Both the position numbers and the translations under genes were made by a program. Under the pieces are notes generated by a model. It did no database searches. It had not been told where the DNA came from and was given only the letters and a program-made list of their open reading frames with translations. A stretch of DNA of 64,000 nucleotides from a virus, in IMG/VR virus record IMGVR_UViG_3300032326_000853, positions 9,456-73,455 of that record; one strand, 5' to 3'. Positions 19,573-28,284 of this stretch are shown one piece after another. Every line of letters starts with the position of its first letter. The stretch's first letter is position 1.

Positions 19573-19866
19573 ATGAGCACAGAACAATTTAGATGGATTG
19601 ACGATAACCCCGAAACAGACTCATGTGAATACTGTAGTGTATGCATTGTTGGGGATAGGATTGATATCGCATCACAACCAAACGATACCACAATTGGTGT
19701 AGTGGTTGGCGCTTTGGACTTTGATTCAGCTTGGGCCACTGTACAAATAAGCGGCAGGGTTGAAGTCTATAGGTCCAACTTTAAACCCAGGTCCTGGATC
19801 TTATTGCGAGAAAACACAAAAACAGGTCCACATGGTCCAATTGATGAATACTTTATTAGGTCTTGA
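19573..19866 (+). CDS. Hypothetical protein
   Basis: 97-aa ORF. Confidence 0.3.
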   Translation: MSTEQFRWIDDNPETDSCEYCSVCIVGDRIDIASQPNDTTIGVVVGALDFDSAWATVQISGRVEVYRSNFKPRSWILLRENTKTGPHGPIDEYFIRS

Positions 19867-19891
19867 CAAGTGCTCAAAATGGTGCTATACT
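19863..19891 (+). promoter_or_regulatory. Consensus sigma70 promoter TTGACA-17-TATACT (extended -10 TGcTATACT)
   Basis: ttgaca at 19863-68, 17-nt spacer, tatact at 19886-91. The gene with a GAGG RBS follows at 19924. Confidence 0.6.
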
Positions 19892-19923
19892 ATGCTTATC
19901 GTGACTAACATTCGAGGTCCAAG

Positions 19924-20313
19924 ATGAGTATGCATTTAGAAGGTCCATGGCTCAGTACCACTGGCAAGCGCAAAGGCAAGAAAAAGTTTGCAAGTGCAGA
20001 GCAAGCAAGAAAGGCCCGTGAACTAGATGCTGAGTGGCTGGAACTACAAAAGCGTTGGGGAGTAGACGCAGACGATAAAAAGCGCCGACGTGCCCTTGCC
20101 GCAGAGCCGTATATTGCCCCTAAACCCATGCATCGTGGTGCTGAACAGGCTCGTATCCCAAGTTTAAATAGTGGTGCCGGAGTTGCAACAGTGGCGGCTC
20201 CGAAGGTATATACAGGTACAATGGTAAAAGGTATTGCTACAATGCACAAGTCAAATGCTGTTCCTGTTTTCAGTGATGAGCAGGCTGTAGATATTAGCAG
20301 GATGCGTAGATAA
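19924..20313 (+). CDS. Hypothetical basic protein
   Basis: Lys/Arg-rich N-terminus (GKRKGKKKF). Confidence 0.4.
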   Translation: MSMHLEGPWLSTTGKRKGKKKFASAEQARKARELDAEWLELQKRWGVDADDKKRRRALAAEPYIAPKPMHRGAEQARIPSLNSGAGVATVAAPKVYTGTMVKGIATMHKSNAVPVFSDEQAVDISRMRR

Positions 20314-20460
20314 TGAGAGATATGGTAATCAAGGAATGTCATCGTTTAGCGGCATTGTTAGGCGAGGAACTTGATTCTAATTGGAACAATGTAAGCAATC
20401 AAGAGTTGCTGACGATTTATGGTGATTTACGAATTGAACTTGAAACTGAGGAGTATGACG

Positions 20461-20772
20461 ATGAAAACTAAACTTTTAATTGCTGTGGTTGCGCTGTTGG
20501 CCTTGAGTGGATGTGCTACTCGTACAGGCACTGCAATTGTAGCAGGCACTGCTGGCATGGTCATTGGTAACGCAATGGCTCAACCCCGAGCAGTTGTTGT
20601 ACGTGAAGTTCCAGTTGTTGCACCTGAGCGAGTAATTATTGTCAACAATGCATGTGCCCAATACCATACTCACAGCGAGAGAAGTGCGTGTGAACGTGGT
20701 ACTCGTCAACGCTACTACGAAGAACAGCGTCGTCGAGAAAATGAAGCATATAGGCAGGGTTATGGTAGGTAA
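20461..20772 (+). CDS. Small lipoprotein
   Basis: MKTKLLIAVVALLALSGCAT contains a lipobox (LSGC). Confidence 0.5.
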   Translation: MKTKLLIAVVALLALSGCATRTGTAIVAGTAGMVIGNAMAQPRAVVVREVPVVAPERVIIVNNACAQYHTHSERSACERGTRQRYYEEQRRRENEAYRQGYGR

Positions 20773-21592
20773 GAATATTTTTGACACCTGGGGTATTGAA
20801 TACAATATCACCTTTGAGCAATTACTTGCACAAGAAAAAGCCACTTGGCAACGCATTTTAGTTGATCGTGGACTTATTGTGTTCCGCGGCCTTGGTCCCA
20901 ATTTGACCGATGCAGAATATCACTCCATTGGTGAAAAGTTTGGTCGTGTGTGGACTCAAGAAGACTACAAGCGCACCCCTACTGATACCACGATTAAACA
21001 TCGAGACACTACGCCTGTCAGCTATTTTCAAACCAACAACATGTGGGGCGCCAGGGACATGAAGTATCATGCTGACATGGCACATGTTGGAGAGAACAGT
21101 TTTCCGGCCCGAGCACTTTATATGGTGCGTGGCGCACAGAATCGCAGTGGTGAAACTTCTTGGTTAAACTTAGAAGCGGCTTGGGCACAGTTTACTCGTG
21201 AAGAAAAAGAACAGTTTAAAAACCATTTTATTGTACAACAAGACATGTACAAGCCAGGTACCAATTTGGTTAGATATCCTTTTCTAAAAGCCAATCCCAA
21301 AAGCGGAAAGTTTAGTCCGCGAGTCAACTGCTATGTCACACCTGGCAAAAATCAAGTTGCTTGGGTTCACCACGTTGAACACGATGACACGCCCGTAGAG
21401 GATTCGGGTGCATTTATTGAATCTGTGTATCAACTATGCGAAAGCAAACTCAATACTGTATATTCGCACACCTGGGATGATGGCGATTTGATTGTTTATG
21501 ATAATTGGAATTCGGTTCACAAGCGTACTGAAGTTAAACTGGCGCCTGGAGAATCTGATCGCTTGCTTAAACGATTAACTTTCAATATTTAA
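20763..21592 (+). CDS. Fe(II)/2-oxoglutarate dioxygenase, TauD/TfdA family
   Basis: 'YHADMAHVGENSFPARALYMVRGAQNRSGETSWLN' fits the TauD 'WHTD.TF...PP.G.IL.........GG.T.W'. C-terminal 'GDLIVYDNWNSVHKR' fits 'GDLVIWDNR..LH.A'. Start is ambiguous between 20742 and 20763. Confidence 0.65.
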
Positions 21593-21910
21593 AATATCGT
21601 AATCCAGCAAACCAATGGTATTGTGTGTTTCTCGAATACCATTGGCGTTATTGTATGCCATCCTGTCCCGGACATTCATTGATGTTACTGGATTTGAAAG
21701 CCAATTCTGATAATCTTCTATGGTAGGGAAAAGCAGGGTTCTTATTCTAACCAAACCATCTGTGAAGTTTCTTTCGCCAACCACTGCTGGTGGCCCATAA
21801 GTACGCAGAGCATTTTTTACCGATTCGGGCGCGGCATAAAAAGGCACATTGACATTGGGCCTAACTTGCTTGATAATCAATAATTGGCAGGACATTGTGT
21901 ATATATTCAA
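21575..21910 (-). CDS. Hypothetical protein (paralog of 21985..22308)
   Basis: Shares 'L(L/V)IKQ.RP...V.F', 'GERN..(D/G)GL..IRTL.F' and 'NANGI.E.H' with the adjacent minus-strand gene. Confidence 0.45.
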   Translation of the reverse strand: MNIYTMSCQLLIIKQVRPNVNVPFYAAPESVKNALRTYGPPAVVGERNFTDGLVRIRTLLFPTIEDYQNWLSNPVTSMNVRDRMAYNNANGIRETHNTIGLLDYDILNIES

Positions 21911-21935
21911 AATGACATTGTCAGACTAGCCAAAA

Positions 21936-21960
21936 AGAAACCCGGGAATCCCGGGTTTCT
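21936..21960 (-). terminator. Perfect palindromic hairpin AAACCCGGG-AAT-CCCGGGTTT between the two minus-strand paralogs
   Basis: 9-bp arms. A-run on one side and T-run on the other. Potentially a bidirectional terminator. Confidence 0.6.
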
Positions 21961-21984
21961 AATAATCCAAAGTCTATAATTAAA

Positions 21985-22308
21985 TTATAGAACAGGTGCT
22001 TTAAATGGATTGTAGTTTGGCATATCAACAGTGTGAATTTCTTCAACAATGCCATTGGCTGCATTATGTGCATTACGTGCGGCAACGTTAGCTTGAATTG
22101 GTGCAGAAGCTTGCCAATCAATATAAGATTGTGCAGTTGTAAAAAATAATGTACGGATTTTCTTTAATCCGCCATCAATATTGCGCTCACCAGCAACAAT
22201 AGGAATTGGTTCAGCTCGCATTGAAGCCTTGGCTTCTACTGTAGGAGTAAAGAATGCAACATCTAGTGATGGGCGAGTTTGTTTAATAACTAATAATTTT
22301 GCGGCCAT
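21985..22308 (-). CDS. Hypothetical protein (paralog of 21575..21910)
   Basis: See paralog. Confidence 0.45.
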   Translation of the reverse strand: MAAKLLVIKQTRPSLDVAFFTPTVEAKASMRAEPIPIVAGERNIDGGLKKIRTLFFTTAQSYIDWQASAPIQANVAARNAHNAANGIVEEIHTVDMPNYNPFKAPVL

Positions 22309-22379
22309 TTTAGGCTCCTTTAAGTTTTGGCAAAGTCATCTGCCAAGTTTATTTAGTTAAAATAGGGCTTTTAAACTGG

Positions 22380-22517
22380 GTTTTTGTTGCTAAAATGCAA
22401 CAGTCTAAGTGTTGCTAAAATACAACAAAAGTACACAAAAAATAGCCCAAAAACGCCCAAAAATCTGGCCCAAAACACCAAAAAATGGTTGACTTCTGGT
22501 CCAGATCGCAGTATAAT
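22380..22517 (+). promoter_or_regulatory. Promoter-operator cassette, copy A. It has TTGTTGC-N6-GCAACA inverted repeats (x2) and A-rich 'AGCCCAAAA' boxes. It has TTGACT-17-TATAAT with a TCTGGtCCAGA palindrome in the spacer.
   Basis: ttgact at 22489-94 and tataat at 22512-17. Near-identical architecture recurs at 30526..30627. Confidence 0.6.
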
Positions 22518-22523
22518 AATAAC

Positions 22524-22856
22524 ATGAACTGCAAAAACACCCCAACACAACGCAAGCGCCGTACAGATCGTAACCATGCAATTTACGAACTGTTTTGCGA
22601 AGCAACAGGTGAAAGCTACATTGGTATCACTGTAGTTGATGGGACTGCATTGGGTTCTGTTCGTGGACGTTTTAACCGTCACTTGAGCCGTGCTAAGACA
22701 GAAAGCAAGAACTGGAACTTGTGCGAAGCACTTCGTACATATGGCCGTGAAGGCTTTACTCCCTACTTGTTGGAAGTGGTTCGTGGTAAGACAGCGGCTC
22801 ATGCTCGCGAACGTGAATTGATTGCAATTATGCAACCTGCTCTTAACTCTCTTTAA
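22524..22856 (+). CDS. GIY-YIG nuclease-domain protein (homing-endonuclease-like catalytic domain only)
   Basis: 'IYELF...GESYIGIT' (GIY-YIG variant), 'RFNRH', and downstream Glu/Asn residues. The ATG lies 6 nt after the -10, so the mRNA may be leaderless. The ORF-track start at 22485 lies inside the -35. Confidence 0.45.
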   Translation: MNCKNTPTQRKRRTDRNHAIYELFCEATGESYIGITVVDGTALGSVRGRFNRHLSRAKTESKNWNLCEALRTYGREGFTPYLLEVVRGKTAAHARERELIAIMQPALNSL

Positions 22857-22867
22857 AAGGAAACACC

Positions 22868-23077
22868 ATGAGTGATTATGCTATGTTCTCTGATGCTGGC
22901 GATGCCGCAGTTCAAGATATTGTGGGCCTGGCCAAACGTCAAGGCCTGTCTTGGAAAATCACATACAGCCTGCTGATGGCTCTGAGTGAAGACGAGCGTT
23001 TTGGTGAAGCCACTGACACCGCAGTTCGTGAATGCGTTTACAGTGCCTGTGGTTACAATACCCCTTTTTACATTTAA
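22868..23077 (+). CDS. Hypothetical small protein
   Basis: AAAGGAAACACCATG RBS. Confidence 0.4.
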   Translation: MSDYAMFSDAGDAAVQDIVGLAKRQGLSWKITYSLLMALSEDERFGEATDTAVRECVYSACGYNTPFYI

Positions 23078-23086
23078 GGACTCATC

Positions 23087-23329
23087 ATGTTTGAAACAGA
23101 ATACGAAGTGGAATTTAACGGTATCAAGTATGTCCAAAAACACGGCAACCCGTTTGATCGTGGCTCAGCTGACAGTTACTACCATCGTGAAATTAATCCT
23201 CACTACTGGCCCGAAGGCACTGGCCATGGCACAATGGTCGAGGGCAAGGATATGACTCCTGCAGAGATTGTGGCCTACATGGCCGGTTACGAATGGAACG
23301 AAAAGTTCGGCGACAAGAAAGAATGGTAA
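23087..23329 (+). CDS. Hypothetical small protein
   Basis: AGGACTCATCATG RBS. Confidence 0.4.
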   Translation: MFETEYEVEFNGIKYVQKHGNPFDRGSADSYYHREINPHYWPEGTGHGTMVEGKDMTPAEIVAYMAGYEWNEKFGDKKEW

Positions 23330-23528
23330 ATGGTCCGCGAGTATCAAGTTATCAATGCAACATACGATGAATTCCATCGTCGTGTGGCAGAGTTGATTGC
23401 AGAAGGATGGCAACCTCAGGGTGGTGTTGCCATCATTCGAGAATACTTGACAGAGCCAACCACTTATTACTTTCAGGCATTCGTTAGGTAAATCTTACTT
23501 AAATTTGTAAATCTTGTTTACATTTTGC

Positions 23529-23573
23529 TTGACAAAGTTGTAAAAAGACTATACACTTATCTACATTGTATAG
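23529..23573 (+). promoter_or_regulatory. Promoter TTGACA-17-TACACT overlapped by a 7-bp inverted repeat CTATACA-N11-TGTATAG (candidate LuxR-family operator)
   Basis: AT-rich 230-bp intergenic region upstream of two LuxR-type genes. IR arms at 23549-55 and 23567-73. Confidence 0.45.
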
Positions 23574-23708
23574 TAATAAATTTTATAATTTTATAACAAT
23601 GCAATAAAGGGTAGTGGTAAGTGAAAGTCTAATACTGAAGTTGCTTGTAGTACTAGAGCAGGTATATTGATGCGTTCCCCCACTGTAAGTACTATACAGG
23701 GAACAAAT

Positions 23709-24398
23709 ATGAAACGAACAATTTATTTTGATACAGTAAGCAGTCAGTTCAGCGTAGACGCTAAGATTGCAATCAGTGACATTACCAACAGCACCATTGA
23801 CACTGTTGATTCGTGGCCAGCTCTTATGAGCCTGCTTTGCCAAGAATTGTGTCATGGTGAGGCGTCTGAAAATGATATTACATTAGTAATCTTTAATAAA
23901 GATACACTGTCATTTCCGGGTACTACAGTAAATGAAATTGTAGATGCACTAACAACAATTTCAACTATAGCAGGACCAAAAAAAGTAAGTGTAGGAATTT
24001 TAGTAAATGACAAATGCGAACAAAAGTTTATACAAGATTTAAAGAAAAGCAACATAAGCGGCATCGTACCAAACTATAAGAGTTTTGGAGATGCCGATTT
24101 CTTTGACGCCTTGAATACCTTACTGTCTGGAACTACGCACTGGCCCGAAGCATACATTGTGCCTAGAGTAAAGTTATCTACTAGAGCCACAGTGGAATAT
24201 GGTATTAGACTAACTGGGCGCCAAAGAGAAATCTTAGCCTTGGTGGCCAATCGCGGTTTGAGCAACAAAAAGATTGCACAGATTTTAAATATCAGCGAAA
24301 GCACTGTGAAAGTGCATATCAGTTCTATCCTAAAAGCATATGGAGTACGGAATAGGACACAGTTGGCCTTAGCCGGAAACAAAGGATTGCATGCGTGA
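23709..24398 (+). CDS. LuxR/FixJ-family HTH transcriptional regulator with uncharacterised N-terminal domain
   Basis: C-terminal GerE-type HTH 'LTGRQREILALVANRGLSNKKIAQILNISESTVKVHISSILKAYGVRNRTQLA'. The N-terminal 170 aa lack receiver-domain acid-pocket residues. Confidence 0.75.
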   Translation: MKRTIYFDTVSSQFSVDAKIAISDITNSTIDTVDSWPALMSLLCQELCHGEASENDITLVIFNKDTLSFPGTTVNEIVDALTTISTIAGPKKVSVGILVNDKCEQKFIQDLKKSNISGIVPNYKSFGDADFFDALNTLLSGTTHWPEAYIVPRVKLSTRATVEYGIRLTGRQREILALVANRGLSNKKIAQILNISESTVKVHISSILKAYGVRNRTQLALAGNKGLHA

Positions 24399-25101
24399 AA
24401 CACTGTCAGATATAGTTTATTTTTGCCCTTGGGTTTCATCTACAAAAAGTAAAAATTCACAAGCCAACGAGTTAAAGTCAATTGTCAGTGTAGCCGACAA
24501 CTTGAAACAGTTGTCAAATATTGAAGTTACTATTGCCCCAACTTGGGCCGCGCTTATTGAGCTCATGCAAGACAACAACCGAAATAACATGTTGGTGGTA
24601 TTTCGATTGGACTTCTTGGAGCGTGAAAATATGATGCTAGGCGAAGTGCTGACCATGCTGAGTTCACTGACCAAATTTGTATCCACAAAGACCATTAACA
24701 TTGCAGTGGTTGTACCCAGTGCATGTGACGCTGATTTGATTGCACAATTAAAAAGAAATGAAGTACTGGGTATTATTCCGGGCATGCGATTCTTTGATCA
24801 CAGTGACACAGTTGAAGCCTACGAGCGACTGCGTCGTGGACAAAGTCATTGGCCAGCTGTGGCAATTGAAGCACCAATGAAGCGATACGTTCGTAAGAAA
24901 AAAGGTGTAGACTTGACCAAGCGCCAAAGTGAAATCTTTGTTTTAATTGCCAAGCGTGGACTAAGCAATGCCAAGATTGCTGAGATATTGAAAATCAGCG
25001 AGTACACTGTCAAGATTCATGTTAGTGCAATTTTACGAAGGTACGGTGTTAAAAATAGAACACAACTTGCCCTGGCCAACACAACAGGCCCTATAACATA
25101 A
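24391..25101 (+). CDS. Second LuxR-family HTH regulator (tandem paralog)
   Basis: 'LTKRQSEIFVLIAKRGLSNAKIAEILKISEYTVKIHVSAILRRYGVKNRTQLALA'. Same architecture as the upstream gene. Confidence 0.75.
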   Translation: MRETLSDIVYFCPWVSSTKSKNSQANELKSIVSVADNLKQLSNIEVTIAPTWAALIELMQDNNRNNMLVVFRLDFLERENMMLGEVLTMLSSLTKFVSTKTINIAVVVPSACDADLIAQLKRNEVLGIIPGMRFFDHSDTVEAYERLRRGQSHWPAVAIEAPMKRYVRKKKGVDLTKRQSEIFVLIAKRGLSNAKIAEILKISEYTVKIHVSAILRRYGVKNRTQLALANTTGPIT

Positions 25102-25102
25102 A

Positions 25103-25127
25103 ATATCCCGGAAGGGATATTTTTTTG
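25103..25127 (+). terminator. Rho-independent terminator ATATCCC-GGAA-GGGATAT-TTTTTTT
   Basis: 7-bp stem plus T7 immediately after the stop at 25101. Confidence 0.75.
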
Positions 25128-25279
25128 ACTCTAGTACTGACGCACACCCTACTACTTTTGCTACAAGCAAATCGGCACTTTTTCCTTTAACTAATTTTGT
25201 ACAGCGGCAGAATCGAATCTACTGCTTACAATCCTAGGCAAACATACAGCCTAGAATTTTACTTTAAAGGAAAAATAAA

Positions 25280-25834
25280 ATGGCTGATATGCTAACAACC
25301 GATCCCTTCTTCAATTTGACAAACCAGGTGGCTGGTGTCCGTGAAAAGGTTTCTGACTCAATTTTCGAAAACTACAAACTACAAGTTGCTCAAACCAACG
25401 ACATCAACAACCGTGCCATGCAAGTTGCATTACACGACTCTAGCGAACTAGCTAACATCAAGCAAGAAATTGCCAACAGCACACTACAAACAATGTTGGC
25501 CGCTGCTCGTACAGACGCACAGATCGGTGCCACAAGTTCCGCTCAACAACGTTTGGTAATGGAACAAGCAGAAGCTACTCGTCGTTTAATCGTGGACTTG
25601 AACACACAAAACTTGAACACAGCATTGATCAACACAAACACAGCATTGACTGGTTTGGGCGTTCAATTCGGTGGTTTAGGTCTTGCATATGGTGGCGCTG
25701 TTAGTGCTTACCAAAGTGCTAACCAAGTAAGCGCAGTAAACGCATTACAAAGCGCAATCTCTAGCCAAGGTCTAGTTAACACAGGTACTATGACAGGTAC
25801 CACACAAACTTCTACACCTACTAGCATCAATTAA
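25280..25834 (+). CDS. Hypothetical protein (Ala/Gln/Thr-rich; C-terminal motif shared with 26125..26295)
   Basis: AAAGGAAAAATAAAATG RBS. C-terminus 'SAISSQGLVNTGTMTGTTQTSTPTSIN'. Confidence 0.45.
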   Translation: MADMLTTDPFFNLTNQVAGVREKVSDSIFENYKLQVAQTNDINNRAMQVALHDSSELANIKQEIANSTLQTMLAAARTDAQIGATSSAQQRLVMEQAEATRRLIVDLNTQNLNTALINTNTALTGLGVQFGGLGLAYGGAVSAYQSANQVSAVNALQSAISSQGLVNTGTMTGTTQTSTPTSIN

Positions 25835-25849
25835 TAGGAGGACTCTATT

Positions 25850-26071
25850 ATGTATAGATCCGGTATTATTGGTCTTGGATACGGTCGAGGTTACATGGGC
25901 GCAGGTATTGGTTATCCCTACGGCGCTTATGCAGGCATTGGTGGCTTTGGCTACCCAGGCTATGGCTTTGGGGGCATTGGCTTAGGCCTAGGCGGTTATG
26001 GTTATGGCTATGGTTACCCAGGCTATGGCTATGGCGGCTACTACGGTGGTATTTCAGGCGGCTTGTTATAA
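25850..26071 (+). CDS. Gly/Tyr-rich low-complexity structural protein (GYGYGYPGYGYGGYYGG)
   Basis: AGGAGG RBS. 73 aa, more than 45% Gly, about 20% Tyr. Followed by a terminator-like hairpin. Confidence 0.5.
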   Translation: MYRSGIIGLGYGRGYMGAGIGYPYGAYAGIGGFGYPGYGFGGIGLGLGGYGYGYGYPGYGYGGYYGGISGGLL

Positions 26072-26080
26072 AATGAGCAC

Positions 26081-26113
26081 AATGGGTTGGCTCACAAGGT
26101 CGACCCATTTTTT
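26081..26113 (+). terminator. Putative terminator (AATGGGT...ACCCATT + T6)
   Basis: 7-bp stem with a large loop and a TTTTTT tail after the stop at 26071. Confidence 0.4.
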
Positions 26114-26124
26114 AAGGAGTAAAA

Positions 26125-26295
26125 ATGTTTTCAGGTTATTATTATCCATACTATAGAAGTTTTATGTACCCCGTGAATCCATGGAGTTATAACACCAGCA
26201 ATGTTATTGGCAGTGCAATATCCAACCAAGGCTTTGTAAACACAGGTACCGCAGTGGGGGTGAATCAAATTTCAACCCCAACAGTTATATGGTGA
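26125..26295 (+). CDS. Small aromatic-rich protein sharing a C-terminal motif with 25280..25834
   Basis: Not in the ORF track (56 aa). AAGGAG RBS. 'MFSGYYYPYYRSFMYP...SAISNQGFVNTGTAVGVNQISTPTVIW'. Confidence 0.35.
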   Translation: MFSGYYYPYYRSFMYPVNPWSYNTSNVIGSAISNQGFVNTGTAVGVNQISTPTVIW

Positions 26296-26299
26296 TTAG

Positions 26300-26968
26300 A
26301 TGTACACAGTGACACACACTATCACTAAAGAACAATATGTTAATGGCCGATTGGTCAAGCCCATGGCCAGCGAATCTCTGCCAGTGGTGGTCATTAACGA
26401 AAAAACTATGACGTTTCGCATGGACAATCGTACACTATGGACACGTTATAGTTTGGGCATGATTAACTTTTCAGTTGCGCTGTATGGCAATGTGGACAGT
26501 GAAAATGTTCTAGAAAATTTAAAAAAGGCAGCGGCAGCTTGTGGTGAATATTTTGCACCATATTATGGCTTTAATGCTGCCAAAAAGGTCAGCAGTCTCT
26601 TAGCAGTCATTGTGGTCAATGGCAGCAAGGTTGCAGAGGCACTTAAGGCCAAAAGAGACATTGTGGCTTACGAAACAATTTGGGACAAACAAATTGATGA
26701 ACTTGCAAACTATCTCAATGAGCTTAATCCCAATTATTGGCCCAAGGACACACTCAACGAAATGTTCATTAACCTGACAGCACTGTGGACTGATGACTTT
26801 AAGGCCAGGCTGATCAAGGACTTTGTAGCAGATTCAATTGCACTTGATAACATTGTAAAAGTTGCAGTGTCGGGTATTCCCAATCATATCAACAAGGGTT
26901 ATACCAGCATTGCTGATACCATTAGCAAAGGAATTATTGCACAGTCACCATTGGAGTTTACAAACTAA
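26300..26968 (+). CDS. Hypothetical protein (paralog of 29177..29824)
   Basis: Shared N-terminus 'MY..THTI..E' and a shared 'NYW..D' motif with 29177..29824. Confidence 0.45.
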   Translation: MYTVTHTITKEQYVNGRLVKPMASESLPVVVINEKTMTFRMDNRTLWTRYSLGMINFSVALYGNVDSENVLENLKKAAAACGEYFAPYYGFNAAKKVSSLLAVIVVNGSKVAEALKAKRDIVAYETIWDKQIDELANYLNELNPNYWPKDTLNEMFINLTALWTDDFKARLIKDFVADSIALDNIVKVAVSGIPNHINKGYTSIADTISKGIIAQSPLEFTN

Positions 26969-26972
26969 CATC

Positions 26973-27215
26973 ATGGCAGTACTGAGTTCAAATAAAGATA
27001 TAGAATTAACTGACTTAGAAACGCATGTTGCGTTATGTGCTCAACGCCGACGAGCACTTGAACTTCGCTTAGATAATGTAGAGCGCAAGATTTCACAAGC
27101 AGATGAAAGATCAGATCGAATTAAAATCTTGGTACTGGGAGGATTAGTTTCTCTTGCTGTTGGCATAGCCGGAACTATATTTGCAGTGCTATTAAAACAC
27201 GGAGTACTGCAATGA
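26973..27215 (+). CDS. Small membrane-anchored coiled-coil protein
   Basis: C-terminal TM 'ILVLGGLVSLAVGIAGTIFAVLL'. Start inferred at the ATG just after the upstream stop. Confidence 0.35.
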   Translation: MAVLSSNKDIELTDLETHVALCAQRRRALELRLDNVERKISQADERSDRIKILVLGGLVSLAVGIAGTIFAVLLKHGVLQ

Positions 27216-27754
27216 ACAATCAACAACTGGCAGAACAACGCCGCTTAGAAGAAATATTAAAACTTGCTAGAATGCAACTCAATGAAGAGTACATGAAGAA
27301 GCACTCGGCTGCACATACTGCTTGGTTAACTGGTGCAAGAACAGCATGGAACAGCAGTGGGATTCTACTGCCATTTGCCACCAAATTTGTCTACCCGTCT
27401 GAAGAAGAAGTAGTGGCACGTGGAGTTGAGATTTACAATACACTAACACCAAAGACTGCAACAGCGCCTGTAACACCTGCCACAATTATCGAACAGCCGC
27501 AGACTATGGAAGAAGTTGTAATTGAACCCACAGTTGAATTACTGCAAGCAGGCGGGGATTTTGTATTAGCAGAAGTTGTTGAAGAAGAATCGCCGGTGGA
27601 AGAAGTTGTGCCGCTTGCAGTCGAAGAAGATATTACAGACGTTGAAGTAAAAGAAGAAACTCCCAATGTCCCAGAACCAACTGTGACTGATTCTCTAATA
27701 GAGAACCGATTTAAAAGCCTATTCACCAAGTGGGGCGGCCGTGGTAATTTTTAA
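27212..27754 (+). CDS. Hypothetical acidic protein (EEVV repeats)
   Basis: Glu/Val-rich C-terminal half. Confidence 0.4.
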   Translation: MNNQQLAEQRRLEEILKLARMQLNEEYMKKHSAAHTAWLTGARTAWNSSGILLPFATKFVYPSEEEVVARGVEIYNTLTPKTATAPVTPATIIEQPQTMEEVVIEPTVELLQAGGDFVLAEVVEEESPVEEVVPLAVEEDITDVEVKEETPNVPEPTVTDSLIENRFKSLFTKWGGRGNF

Positions 27755-27766
27755 GGAAAACAAAAC

Positions 27767-28252
27767 ATGATGTTTAACAATTTAGGCCTGTATTCGTACT
27801 GGCAGTATCGCAGACGCAGACCCGGACGTAGTAGCCCACGGCCCCTGGCTCGCAGGGGAGGCTTTCCGCTTATTCAACAAATTGGCGGTGCTGGCCAAGA
27901 CTTTTTTATCAATGGCGGCACGGGACCTGCGGGACCGCCTGGCCCTCCGGGACCACCTGGTACTCCTGGCCTGGTGCCTGTGACCATTGTTACAACTACA
28001 CCATTTACGCCCACGCTGACAAATTATCTATTGGATATAAATGTAGCAGGACCTTCCAGTGTGGTGCTTCCTGTAAGCCCAACTGGCACAGTTTTTATTG
28101 TCAAAGACTTTAGCGGTAATGCTTCTACTAATCCCATTACAATAACAGCCGTTGGCGGAACGTTATTTGACGGTAATGCAAATGCCACTATCAATGCGGA
28201 CTACGGTGCTTTGCAATTGGTATTCAATGGAACAGAATGGAGTATAGTGTAA
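27767..28252 (+). CDS. Short collagen-like protein with conserved C-terminal beta domain (family member 1 of 3)
   Basis: 'GPAGPPGPPGPPGTPG', then 'LP.SPTGTVFIVKDFSGNAS.NPITI...GG.L.DGNANATI.A.YGALQLVF.G.EW'. Confidence 0.5.
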   Translation: MMFNNLGLYSYWQYRRRRPGRSSPRPLARRGGFPLIQQIGGAGQDFFINGGTGPAGPPGPPGPPGTPGLVPVTIVTTTPFTPTLTNYLLDINVAGPSSVVLPVSPTGTVFIVKDFSGNASTNPITITAVGGTLFDGNANATINADYGALQLVFNGTEWSIV

Positions 28253-28284
28253 GATACACTATCAATTTTTAAAGGAAGACAACT

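Noticed and set aside
22371-22835. 154-aa minus-strand ORF overlapping the GIY-YIG gene and the repeated promoter
   Set aside because: Antisense to a motif-supported CDS and to a promoter cassette. Cys/Phe-rich nonsense-like composition.
25866-26108. Minus-strand ORF opposite the Gly/Tyr-rich gene
   Set aside because: Artefact of the GGC/TAT repeat. The plus-strand gene has an RBS and a terminator.
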